64,000 bases of DNA from Octopus sinensis (Eukaryota), in assembly GCF_006345805.1 (NCBI RefSeq), contig NC_043004.1, positions 107,198,001 to 107,262,000 of the forward strand. Direction: 5' to 3'. Within the stretch, counting starts at the first letter, position 1; the number at the start of each line of letters is the position of its first letter. Under the pieces are notes generated by a model. It made no database searches. It had not been told where the DNA came from and saw only the letters and a program-made list of their open reading frames with translations. Shown in pieces: positions 52,986-64,000 of the stretch. The translations under genes and the position numbers were made by a program.

Positions 52986-54308
52986 TATGTGTTCTGATAT
53001 GGCCATGTAATGCATATGAATGATGACTGTTACATCAAGGGGTGGCAATCTCTAATTGTAGAGAGAAAATGTGGAAGGAGGAGACTCAGGAAGTCACGGG
53101 ATGAAGTGGTGAGGAAGAGTCTTCAGAAGTTGGGACTCACGGAGGGGATGAAAGGGGACCGAGACTTCTGACAGTTTGCTTTACTTGAAAAGACATGTCA
53201 AGCTAAATAAAAGCATAGTTGTTCTTGCATGTAGGCTTGTCCCCAGCATCCCTCTCAAACTGAGCAGTCCTAATCTTGCAGGCCTGTGGGTACTGGAGCC
53301 ACATAAAAAGCACCCATACTGGTGCCATGTAACTGCACCCATGCCAGCGCTCAGTGCTGCAAAGAAAGCACCCAATACACTCTGTAAACTGGTTGGCATC
53401 AGGAAGAGCATCCAGCCACAGGAACCATGTCAAAACAGACAATCAGAGCCTGGATAGTTTCTTCAGCTGGCCACCCCTGTCGAAAATTCCAAACCATGCC
53501 AGAATGGAAAACAGGTGTTAAATGTTAATAATAATAATGATGATGATGATGATGTATGCGTGTGTGTGCATATGTGCACGTGTGCGTACACTTGAGTATA
53601 CTCTAGTTTTGACAGCTTATGATGGTGGAAAACATGCATCATCATACAAGCAATGTTATTCATTTCCAGTCTTGCATGGAAAGCCTGTCTGGCCCTGGGA
53701 AATATTACCTTGAATGGAAACAGTTAAGGGTTAACAACTGGAAGGGCATCCAACTGTAAAAAAATATTTACCTAATAACCTTTCTCCAACCTATGCTAGC
53801 AAGGAAAAACAGACATTAAAATTATGATGATGATAAAAGCTGAGAGGAATCTGTCCATATATGCTGTTCTGGTTGATGTGTGAAAGAAGAGAATAAATAA
53901 TGTAATTAATATTGGTCTCTACTTCTCTGATGGTTTTGCATTGTAAGTTAGCCCATCCTCTCCTGACAACTACATTTCTAGTTTAATTGTTACATTCTCT
54001 GCAATTGAACTTGATACATCAATTATTAGCCCAGTTATGCTGCTCTTCTCACTCATGCAATAATAAACAGCCTATGCTGTTATAGTGAATGAAGGAGTAT
54101 GTATATCAGTGGTTCACAAACAATTTGAAGCAGAGTGCCTGCACACTTCTGAGTGAATAAAGATATGTTAGGACAATTGTGCATAAAGTAAGAAAGAAAA
54201 AGCATTAAAAATGTTACATATTTTAGCCATTAATTAATTGTAGGTAGGGAGACTGTATTTCATTATACAAATGAATTAATGAAATAAGGTATCCATGTCA
54301 GCATTTAA

Positions 54309-54750
54309 CCCTTTCGTTACTGCATTTATTTTGAGATGCTCTGAGTTTCTTTCAATTACTTTAAACCTGACGTTACCAACCCGGCTGAAACCAGCTGAAA
54401 CCGGCTCTGGCTCTCAATACAAATGTCTTGCTTCCATAAGTTTTGAATTAAAATCTTAGTTACAATTTATGTTCCTAACACTAGCTGAATGATAACTAAG
54501 TTATTTTACTAAATTCTTTGATAAATTTAAAATAATTGATAGAAACACAGAGCATCTCAAAATAAATACAGTAATGAAAAGGTTAAATATAATAAAGAAT
54601 TTAGTAAAATAACTTAGTTATCATTCAGCTAGTGTTAGGGACATAAATTGTGACTAAGGTTTGGTGGAGGATTTTAATTCAAAACTTATGGAAACAAGAC
54701 ATTTGTACTCAGAGCCAGAGCCGGTTTCAGCTGGGTTGGTAACGAAATTT
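54309..54750 (-). mobile_element. Outer piggyBac-type MITE (TTAA-flanked), interrupted
   Basis: TTAA-CCCTTTCGTTAC...GTAACGAAATTT-TTAA; split at an internal TTAA. Confidence 0.85.
54365..54582 (+). mobile_element. Inner MITE of the same family in opposite orientation
   Basis: Flanked by TTAA at 54361-54364 and 54583-54586; its sequence is the reverse complement of the two outer pieces joined. Confidence 0.85.
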
Positions 54751-55054
54751 TTAATATGTATGTACCAGTTGCCAGGAATGTGTTTGATATGGTTTACCCA
54801 ACTGTGTTACATTGTTCCATTTGGTGGCCAGTCAAGCAATGTGTTCATGGATCGTTAATAGTTTCGGTGATGTTGAAGAAGGGGCAAGAACTGAAATATG
54901 CATACACACCCATAACCTATTTTTCTGTCTTTAATTACATTGTTTACATATGTTTTCATATACGAAATATCCTAACTTCCGGTACTGGCCCTAGTTTCTA
55001 TTGAAAATATGTAGAGATAACTTTTAAAAGTTTAATCACTAAATATAAATGATT

Positions 55055-55245
55055 TAAAATAAACAACTTTTGAATAATACCTTGCCAAAAGGCCTTAGAG
55101 ATCTACAAGGAGTAGATATGAGTTTGTTCAAAGAAAATTTAGATAAATTTTTATCTGGGATATCAGACAAAGTCACATCATGGCAAGAAATGCAAAGAAG
55201 AGAGCTTTTCCAACTCAATACTTCACTATTCTGGAAATAGGACTG
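55055..55245 (+). mobile_element. CR1/Jockey-group LINE extreme C-terminal fragment
   Basis: NTLPKGLRDLQGVDMSLFKENLDKFLSGISD matches the typical N.LP......FK..LD.FL terminus. Confidence 0.65.
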
Positions 55246-56089
55246 GGAAATGAGTCTTAAATAAACAAGTATTAATGTTAAAGGCAGTGCTCCAGCATGG
55301 CCATAGGCCCTGGATGAAACCAATAAAAGAAAAAAGAAAGAAAAGAAATACTTTTTTATTCAATAAATGTGGCCAGTTATCAAGACTTTATACTTATTAA
55401 GATTCTATATTTAAAATTACAGTTTGTACTTTCGAAATTTTTTAGAAAATAATTATAGTTTTTCAGCATCTTACAATAAACTGCTTTTGGGAACACTATT
55501 TTATGGGGTCACTTAACTCAATAGGCACCACAGTCAAATCATCTGGAGAAAAAAATTAAAGAGACTGATAATATAGTCATATAAATACTATATCTGAAAA
55601 CATGATGGAATGGTCGTGGCTGGGAGGAGGCTAAAACAACAATAGCCTATGCTTCATTACACATCAAAAACAGTTTTAACATCTTTTCAGTTGATCTTTG
55701 AACACTCCTGTAATACACGCTCTTTAAGACCTAAAACATATCTGAGACTTTCGAGCAGAAAATAAAAAATCTGATACTTTAGTCATTGCAAATGACTATC
55801 CTATTTCCTTCGTAAGATATAGGGCAAAATATCCTTAATATATGTGTGTATGTGTATATATGTAAGTATGTATATAATGTATATGTGTGTGTGTGCGTGT
55901 GTGCATGTGTGTGTGTTAAAACTAACTACTATATTAAGTAATTAAATTAATCACATGTTCTTCCTTAGCTGTTAGACTTACTATATAAAATAACAAACAA
56001 CTCCTATTTAGAGATATAAATAAACAAACAATTTAGCATTCTTTCATCTAATTAATGAAGCAATTTGGTAGAAAAGAATACAGGACCTT

Positions 56090-56390
56090 GATACCATCAG
56101 GAAAATGGCCATGCTCAAAATGCAAAATAGGAGTAGATAGAAATTCCATACAGTGTACCTTATGTGACCTATGAAACCACAAAAGGTGTAATGGAATCAA
56201 AGGCAGGTTGACAGTGAATAGAGACTTTACTTGTAGGTGTACAAGAGTAAGTAGCCCTCAGAGCAGTGGTAAAGTAAATTCTTTGCAAGGCTCAGAGGGC
56301 TTTATAGATGCAGTTGGTAGCTTCTCTTATATATTCAGCAGAGGCTATAGTCATAAAGGTAGAAAGGATAGAGTGGGAAGCCAGTGCAAC
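56090..56390 (+). mobile_element. RTE fragment (Cys-rich insert within RT)
   Basis: PSGKWPCSKCKIGVDRNSIQCTLCDL...KRCNGIKGRLT. Confidence 0.75.
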
Positions 56391-56619
56391 TGAGGGTTAA
56401 AACAGGTAGCATATTTATTTCTTTATTGCCCACAGGGGGCTACACATAGAGGGGACACACAAGGACAGACAAAGGGATTAAGTCAATCACATCGACCCCC
56501 ATGCGTAACTGGTACTTGTTTAATCAACCTCAAAAGGATGAAAGGCAAAGTCAACCTCGGCGGAATTTGAACTCAGAACATAGAGTAAACCATGCCAGTC
56601 AATCATGTTGCCTTGTTTT

Positions 56620-57170
56620 TGAAAAGTATTTGAATTGTTGCAAACTCATCTTGAAAATTTGATGCAGCTCATTTGTGAAACTATCACCCGAGTGACCATT
56701 TCCTTTCATACACTCAGGATTAGGAAAACAAGTGCCAGTAATATACTTGGAAATGTTCAAGCAATTCTCTATCAGTTCAGGTCAGGTATGGGGGTCACGT
56801 GCTGTTACAGTGCATAGCTGGATTCACCATTTGTTAGTGATTCTCTATTCCTGAAGGATGACACCTTTGCAGCACTCAAGTGGCAACCCTCTAATCCATG
56901 GGTCAGTTTGGGTATTCATTGCTGGTGAGGAATTCTTTATGAGGTCAAAGAGCAAATCGTACCTCAACCTCTTTTAGTCTCTTTTTATGATGTACAGAGG
57001 CAACGCTGGGTCTAATCTTTGGCTTGTCAATCCAAACACCATACGGCACTCTATCTTCTTACAAAATTTTCATTTCTGCTAGTTATAAGCAATCATTATC
57101 TTTCTCACATGAAGTCGGTGCCACAGTGTTCATAACTTGTGTTTGAATCATATTTGAAGCTATTTCACTT
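56620..57170 (-). mobile_element. Possible mariner transposase C-terminal remnant
   Basis: Loose match to PPYSPDL..F.FP....MKG; heavily degenerate. Confidence 0.3.
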
Positions 57171-57182
57171 TACATATTCCTT

Positions 57183-57577
57183 TCTTTCTTTTACTTGTTT
57201 CAGTCATTTGACTGTGGCCATGCTGGAGCACCGCCTTTAGTCGAGCAAATCGACCCCGGGACTTATTTTTGGAAGCCCAGTACTTATTCTATCGGTCTCT
57301 TTTGCTGAACCACTAACTGACGGGGACGTAAACACACCAGCATCAGTTGTCAAGCAATGCTAGGGGGACAAATACAGACATACAAACACACACATTCATA
57401 CATATATATATATATATATATATACATATATACGACAGGCTTCTTTCAGTTTCCATCTACCAAATCCACTCACAAGGCATTGGCCAGCCCAGGGCTATAG
57501 CAGAAGACACTTGCCCAAGATGCCACACAGTGGGACTGAACCTGGAACCATGTGGTTGGTTAGCAAGCTACTTACCA
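57183..57577 (-). mobile_element. Full-length tRNA-headed SINE with internal microsatellite
   Basis: Highly similar to 28737-29127. Confidence 0.9.
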
Positions 57578-57692
57578 CTCAGCCACTCCTTGATTATACC
57601 CTTTAAAGATAGTGTCAGTGTCACAACTTCTCATTTCTTTACTCTAAAATAAATCTCATCCTTCCTGCTGTTCTTATAAAAATATTAGTGAA

Positions 57693-58010
57693 AGCATATG
57701 GCTTAGTGGTTAGGGTATTTAGCTCACCATCCAATGGTTGTGAGTTCGATTCCCTGTGGTGCATTGTGTCCTTGAGCAAGACACTTTATTCCACATTGCT
57801 CCAGTCTACTCAGCTGACAAAACTGAGTTGTATGCGTAATGCAAAGAGCCAGCATTGTCACATTCTGTGTCACACTGAATCTCCCTGAGAACTACATTAA
57901 GGGTACGCATATGTGTGGAGTGCTCAGCCACTTGCCCATTAATTTCATGAGCAGGCTCATCTGTCAACCAGATTGACTGGAACTCTCATCATCGTAACTG
58001 ATGAAGTGCC
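57693..58010 (+). mobile_element. tRNA-derived SINE, third family
   Basis: A box TGGCTTAGTGGTTAGG, B box GAGTTCGATTCC, then TTGAGCAAGACACTT. Confidence 0.75.
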
Positions 58011-59329
58011 AGCTTTATAAAAATACAAGAAACCATTATATTGTATGTGTCTTGGATGGGTCATTAAACCAACAAGTACATGCACTGGTACTATTTCAGT
58101 TCTCTATTTTAATTAGTCAAGTGGCTAACCTTTTAACCAATCATCTAATCGATTGTTTGATTAATTGTTCAGTCAATCAATCAATCAATCAGCTAGGTTT
58201 ATCAAAGCCCTTTCGTTGCCATTCATGACCTCATCAATGATACACCTCTCTACTCCAAGTCTGCATGAATTATTTTACAAACCATGACAGGAGGTGTCCC
58301 ATTGTGTTAAATAGATATAAAATAAATTTCTCTCCCTGGATAGAATGCCAATTTTTTTATATGTAATTTTATCCTTAAAGTTCTGCAATCTGTTCCTCAC
58401 ATCAAAGTAAACTAAGACAACAGAATAACGTTTGATCCAAAAGCACAAGAACATACTCACAATGGGTTTTGATCTCACTAATTTCTCACAAGTTAGTAAT
58501 CAAATACCTTGACCAAACAATCTACATTACAGATATCTACATTTCTTATGAAGAAACAAACAAAAAAAAAAAGGTTGGGGTATATTTGACATCTAATATG
58601 CTTCATTATATTTCAGATCACAGGTTTATATATCATCTCAAATTTCAGAATGTTGAATTTATGTTAATAGAAGCTGACATTTAGAGGTTTTTTATTTATT
58701 TATTTATTTTTTTGACTGAGTATGGCATGAGGGTAGCATAGCAGGATGTCCTTCAATAGGGAAAGGTCAGAAAAGGACAATAAAATATTTGTTGGGTGGA
58801 CATTACAATGTAACGAACAATACAGAATAGAATTAATTTTGTCAATTTTAATTGCATTTTTTGTTTATTTTTCCAGGGTTCAGTTAAAGTTTTGAAACTT
58901 CAAAGGAACTAAAGTCTACGAAATAGTAAAATATGCAGTGACCTTTTGAGCAGGAATGAACTTTACACTGAAAACTTTATTGTTTTTCTCACAGCAGAGT
59001 GTAGCAGCATAAATAATAATAATAATAATAAACAGAAACATTCCTGTTAATAATTTAAGTCCTTAACTTCAATTGTTATTTTTTCTCGAATTTTCCAAAC
59101 ACAAAAACTTAACAAATGAAATTACACAAAGTCTGGTTAAATGTCTGACATGAGTGTTGCTAGTAAAATTATAATTCCCCAAGTTAGTAGTCCAGATGTA
59201 TTTACCCAGACATCATCCATATGCAATACATGTCTGTACTAATGTAATCATTTCTCGTCTACACTTACAACCAATTCTTTGTGGTTTTTCTTTCAGTTCA
59301 TGTTTACTAACTTTACATTTTAAGCGTTT

Positions 59330-60337
59330 TTGAGACATTTAAAAAACATTTTTCACACATCTTCTGCATTTCATTACCATGCAGTCTCATAGTTTGTACG
59401 TAAGCATCATACAATCTGCCCTTCAATCAAAGAGGGAATCTTCTTGTTCTCAGCAGCACAAATAACTCTCTGAACTTTTCCCATCTATTCTTATTCTGGT
59501 GATTATACTCTCAGAACATCCCCCCCCCCAACCACCACTGCTAATTAGGTCATCTAGGTAACGGAAACTATCATCTACTTCTGTAGAGCTGTTTGAACAA
59601 TGGAAGGAATTTATTTTACTGGTGCTCTCTGACAACTAACTACTTCTGGTAGCTTGCTCATACTAAGTCTTTATTTACTGTCAGCCTACCTTTGATTCCA
59701 TTATACATCTTGTGCACCCAGAGATTACATTAAGTACATTATGAAATTTATACCTTTTCTTTTCCTATGTATTGAGCACAGCCATTTCAGTAGCAAGATC
59801 CAGTCTGCTTTCCTACTTACTAAAAATTTAATATTCACTAAAGTTTACTTTAGACTCATCAATTCTAGGTTTTGTTTTCATATCTGTGAATTTTATTTCT
59901 AAATTTTCTACAGTCCCTGCTGTAGGAACTGGATTATCAGCATTTAATAGTTCCCATGGACATTTGGTCTTACACTTTTCTGTCATAGCTTGGAAAACTA
60001 TAATTAATAGGAGTGGGGTCTAAGATCTGAGTCTTGATAAACACCTACTTGTACACAAAACAAAACTCATCACTAAACTCACTTTATTGACTACATTTCT
60101 CTATGTCGCTTGCACTGCTTTCTCAAGTCAGTCATTTACTCCTGGACTATAGATTGTGGTACCCAGTCAAAGACCTTCATCAGATCAATGAATGTTAGAT
60201 AGAGGAGCTTATTCTCAGCTCAAAACTTCTTCAGGTATCTCATCAGGAAGAGAGCATCAGAAGTACCCAACCTGATATAAATTCAAACTGCATCTCATCT
60301 AAGCTGATTTTTTTTCCTAATAAACTGTGCTAAACTT
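59330..60337 (-). mobile_element. RTE RT core, downstream piece of an interrupted element
   Basis: LAQFIRKKISLDEMQF..DALFL..LYLTFIDL.KVFDWVP..PWELLNADN..EVDDSFRYLDDLISSGG..CSESI.TRIR. Confidence 0.85.
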
Positions 60338-60764
60338 TGTTTTTATCTTGGGAGGGTCATTATGCCAATAATAAACACACTCACTGGTTCTATTTCACTG
60401 ACCCTCTAAAGATACTACAAAATCTGTTTCAATACACAAATTCGCATCAGAGATCTTACAATCTGTTATATCTTTACACCTCCAATATCGTAGTATGGTT
60501 GACATTGCTGATGATCGATAAAGAATATACCGTAACAGTGTTATAACAATACAAAATAGAAACAGTGGCAGTAACAAACACGTAACAAACCAATAATCTT
60601 TTACGAACCAACAATCAATATTTCCAACACACTAACTCGAACTGTGAACTATACCTCTTTTCCGAAGACCAAACTATGAACTGCTGACTACATCAGACCA
60701 CTACTATTTATATGTAGTAGTACCATCTATTCTCATCAGAGGGTATCATACTCTCACCTCAACA
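60338..60764 (-). mobile_element. LTR (427 bp), 3' LTR of the Gypsy remnant
   Basis: TGTT...AACA inverted termini, preceded on the minus strand by polypurine-tract-like AAAAGATGAGA (60765-60775). Confidence 0.7.
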
Positions 60765-60779
60765 TCTCATCTTTTGAGA

Positions 60780-61950
60780 TTTTGAGTTCGGGAAGAATGA
60801 AGAAATTTTATTTATCATTATTATTTTTTAGTACCTTTTCGCTTGGGTTTTATCTCGTGTTTCTCCTAGAAATGTGATGTCTGTACACATTTTGCCCTTA
60901 AAATGTAATTTATCACCTGTCATGCCATGCACAATTTTCACTGTTTCCTGATTTTTCTCCATGTATCCACATTTATGATTGAAATATCATTATCCATATC
61001 CAACTGTAGTTTAATATTTACACCATATATTTTTACATGTACGAATGTTTCTTGTTTTTGTGTGGTATTCACTTTCTGCTGAAAACTCCTTAGAACTTTT
61101 TGCGTTCGACCCTTGTAATTTTGTCCTGCATGTGAGCTCTTGTGACCTAGTTTCTGGCAACTTTAGCATTTTTGGTTTTTAAATGGATTCTCTTTTCTGA
61201 AGTGTAGGCCTCCATATCCGTAATATGGATTGAGGCCTGGTACTTTTTTTTGGTTGTACTCTCTGGGTCGACACATCTGTATTTTTATGGAATCTATCTC
61301 TTGAATTTTTTTCATGTTGTGCTTCAGGTTTACCATTGTTTTACATTCTTCTGCAATGATCTGTGGAATTAAGGCCTGGTTTGCTTGCTGCATTTTTGAG
61401 AGAATCCTTGCCCGAATTTCCCTGTCTTTGGTTGCTGTAAGGCCTTGTACAAAAATAAGGGATTTAAACATATCCTGAGTGAGGTCCTGTAGCTTGAAAG
61501 TTTTCACACATACATTCTACTATTCTGGCAGGTGTAATAAAGTGATCATCATCATTTTTTGTTAAGTTCCAACACTCCATTTGAGTGTTAAATAATGAAC
61601 TTTTGTCACAAAATCTTTTATAGTAATTTAATAGTTTCTTGGAAAGTAATCTCACTCAACTTTTTGGGCAATATAAAGTTACAGTAGCATTCATGCTCGG
61701 CCAGAGCTACCTTGCATAGTAATAACCCTGCATAGTACAAACCTTGCTTTCTCTTCATCTGACCATGACTTGCAATCTTTGTTAAAAATTTCCTAGTACC
61801 TTCCATTGTACACAGGCAACGTAATACCCTCCTCCAGATTATAAGTGAATTTAGAATTCAAGTTTGCCACACCATCTGGCATAAATGAATTTACTGAATT
61901 TTCAGACTTCCTTGATTGTAACCCAATTAACTATTGATGTTGTAATATTT
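60780..61950 (-). pseudogene. Ty3/Gypsy gag plus aspartic protease remnant
   Basis: FKLQDLTQDMFKSLIFVQGLTATKDREIRARIL, degenerate Zn-knuckle region (GLHFRKENPF; C*SCQKLGH), protease-like IKLQLDMDNDISIIN. No RT/RNase H/integrase follows. Confidence 0.8.
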
Positions 61951-61952
61951 GT

Positions 61953-62450
61953 TAAAACTCTTTTTGTTATTTTCATAACTTGGGCTGTCAATCTGATTCC
62001 TCTGCAGTTGCTTCTTTCTGGAGTATATCCTCTGCCATTATGGCAGTTGATGATTATATTACAATGACACCATTCTCGATTACTAGGTTGACTATGTGAG
62101 TAACTAGCTTGAACTCTCCTTTGCCAACCTTTGCAGTGCTTCAGTACCTATCTCTGATAGACCAACTCTTTTCTGTGTCTTTATATTCGTTATAGCCATT
62201 TTGACCATGTCACTGCTGTTGGGTTTATTTAGGAGTTCATTTTCTTTCCACACATTTTACTCTTGTAGTAACATTACTAGACCTCTTTCTTCCCAGTATC
62301 GGTGAGGACCACAGTCATTTTGAACAAACTTTTCTCCAGAAGCACTTTGAGTCACTCTAATTTATAATCCTGAACATCTCTTGCTTCTGATCTTTTCAAC
62401 ACATGATACAAGCAAACCTCTGGATTTTAGCTTCTCTCTATGCTGAATCC
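61953..62450 (-). mobile_element. RTE RT N-terminal, upstream piece of the interrupted element
   Basis: VKMAITNIKT..GLSEIGTE...IIINCHNGRG...SNCRGIRL..QVMKITKRV continues into LAQFIRKKISLDEMQ at 60337. Confidence 0.75.
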
Positions 62451-62959
62451 AACATTTAACTTGTATTCTACCTACTTGACTAGCAAGCTTACTTGCTATG
62501 CCAAACTCAATGCAACTAATAATGACTAATCAACAAATTTTATTAATTTTATTAAACATTGTTTAACTTCAATCCTTTGTTCTTTTTGAAAACATGCAAA
62601 CTTAAATCATAAAATATAGAATTATGCAACTAATCCCCACTCCCTAAAATTACTGGCCTTGTGCCAAAACTTGAAACCATTTTTATTACTATTATCTTAA
62701 TGCAATTTATTGTGATATTACTATCTGGTTTATCAGGGTGGTACAGACGGTAACATGCTGAGTAGTAATTAATTTCATTGGTTAATGGCCAAGCTCAAAT
62801 TCTGCTTGTTAGCTTTGACATTACATTTTATCCCACTGTTGGTCTGCAGGAAATATTTACTATATTCAGTTCAATAGACTATAGCTGCCCAACAGATCAT
62901 CTGTGTGTGTGTGTGTGAGTGTACAAATTATATTATGCAATAGAAATTTATACAGGGTC

Positions 62960-63450
62960 AAGGGGTCACCAACTGACCTGGTACAACAAAACCCAAGTAA
63001 CAGGATGGGCAGAGATGGCAACAACTTCACTTTTCAATTAGTATATAGGATTTTGTTCTTTACTGTCCATTTTCTTTCTTTCTTTCTAGGTTTGTCTTTT
63101 AGTATAATACTATTCATCTCATTTGAACCAGGGTTCTGGTCTATATTTCTCAGCAAGGTAACTCAAAGAAACTTATGGTCTTTCTCTTTTTTACAGGTTT
63201 TCACCAATTCCATTTTTTCCATCATATGCCTCACCTTGGATAGAACGCCTTGCTGTATTTGTTCTGGCTCTCTGCATTCTGAGTTCAAACTCACTGTGGT
63301 TTATTTTGTATATTGTCCTTTCAAATTTGATAAATAAAATACCAGTCCCCTATTTGTGGATAAGATTCTTGGCTCTTTCTTGTTTTCTTTCTGGAAGAAA
63401 CCCACTGTGTTCTGACCTGGAATGGGATGGGCTCTGCCAAGTTTAAAAGG
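62960..63450 (-). mobile_element. Possible degenerate CR1/L2 RT fragment
   Basis: NTVGFFQKENKKEPR resembles V.PIFKKG.K..P.NYRP; purine-rich minus strand. Confidence 0.35.
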
Positions 63451-63726
63451 TCTAAGACACAAAAACACCACAAGTACTTCATAAAGTGGTGAGGGTACCT
63501 TGAAGGTACAAGGAATGAGGCACACACACTCACATCTTTTAAATTTGTTTACAGGAAACATTTTGAATATGCAAATAAAGTTCCTATTCCATTATTCCAT
63601 TATGCTAGCTACAGTCTAATGAGGCTGACAGGTTGGGTTGCACTGAGCTGTTATTATTACTATATATATTTATATATATATATATATTATCAATAATAAT
63701 AAAGGGTAAAATTAATTAATCAATTA

Positions 63727-63983
63727 TGTGCCAGTGGCACGTAAAAAGCACCATCCGATCGTGGCCGTTTGCCAGCCTCATCTGGCACCTGTGCAGGTGG
63801 CACATAAAAAGCACCCACTACACTCTCGGAGTGGTTGGCGTTAGGAAGGGCATCCAGCTGTAGAAACACTGCCAGATGAGACTGGGCCTGGCGCAGCCTC
63901 CTGGCTTCCCAGACCCCAGTTGAACCGTCCAACCCATGCTAGCATGGAAAACGGACGTTAAACGATGATGATGATGATGATGA
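63727..63983 (+). repeat. RTE 3'UTR-derived repeat with (GAT)n tail
   Basis: Family consensus ending CGGACGTTAAACGATGATGATG. Confidence 0.9.
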
Positions 63984-64000
63984 ATTAATAATTAATAATT

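Noticed and set aside
58462-58550. Minus-strand donor ATT|GTGAGT with an upstream polypyrimidine tract
   Set aside because: All three frames contain stops; nothing else supports an exon.
62903-63337. 144-aa hydrophobic plus-strand ORF with apparent acceptor/donor sites (63091-63158)
   Set aside because: The implied intron is only ~40 nt, and the region is better explained as the pyrimidine-rich antisense of a degenerate LINE RT on the minus strand.

Overview
AT-rich eukaryotic genomic DNA, not prokaryotic; no CRISPR, rRNA or true tRNA gene was seen. The repeat families and dense (AT)n/(CA)n/(GA)n/(GAT)n microsatellites resemble those I know from Octopus/cephalopod genomes (inference, no database search run). 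Most of the window is transposon debris: RTE LINE fragments, many dispersed RTE-3'UTR copies, tRNA-derived SINEs, CR1/L2-type remnants, Tc1/mariner and hAT relics, TTAA-flanked piggyBac-type MITEs, and a Ty3/Gypsy gag-protease-LTR remnant inside an RTE. No host protein-coding exon could be identified with confidence; almost all supplied ORFs are repeat, antisense or microsatellite artefacts. About 37.2-45.7 kb is visibly CpG-rich and poor in the common repeats, consistent with a gene 5' end or promoter; only weak exon candidates were found there. The most notable structures are: a head-to-head pair of tRNA-headed SINEs ending in a Penelope-type minimal hammerhead ribozyme motif; an RTE with twin-priming-like 5' inversion geometry; a perfect 65-bp palindrome; a 145-bp foldback inside the CpG-rich region; and a MITE nested in its own family at a duplicated TTAA.
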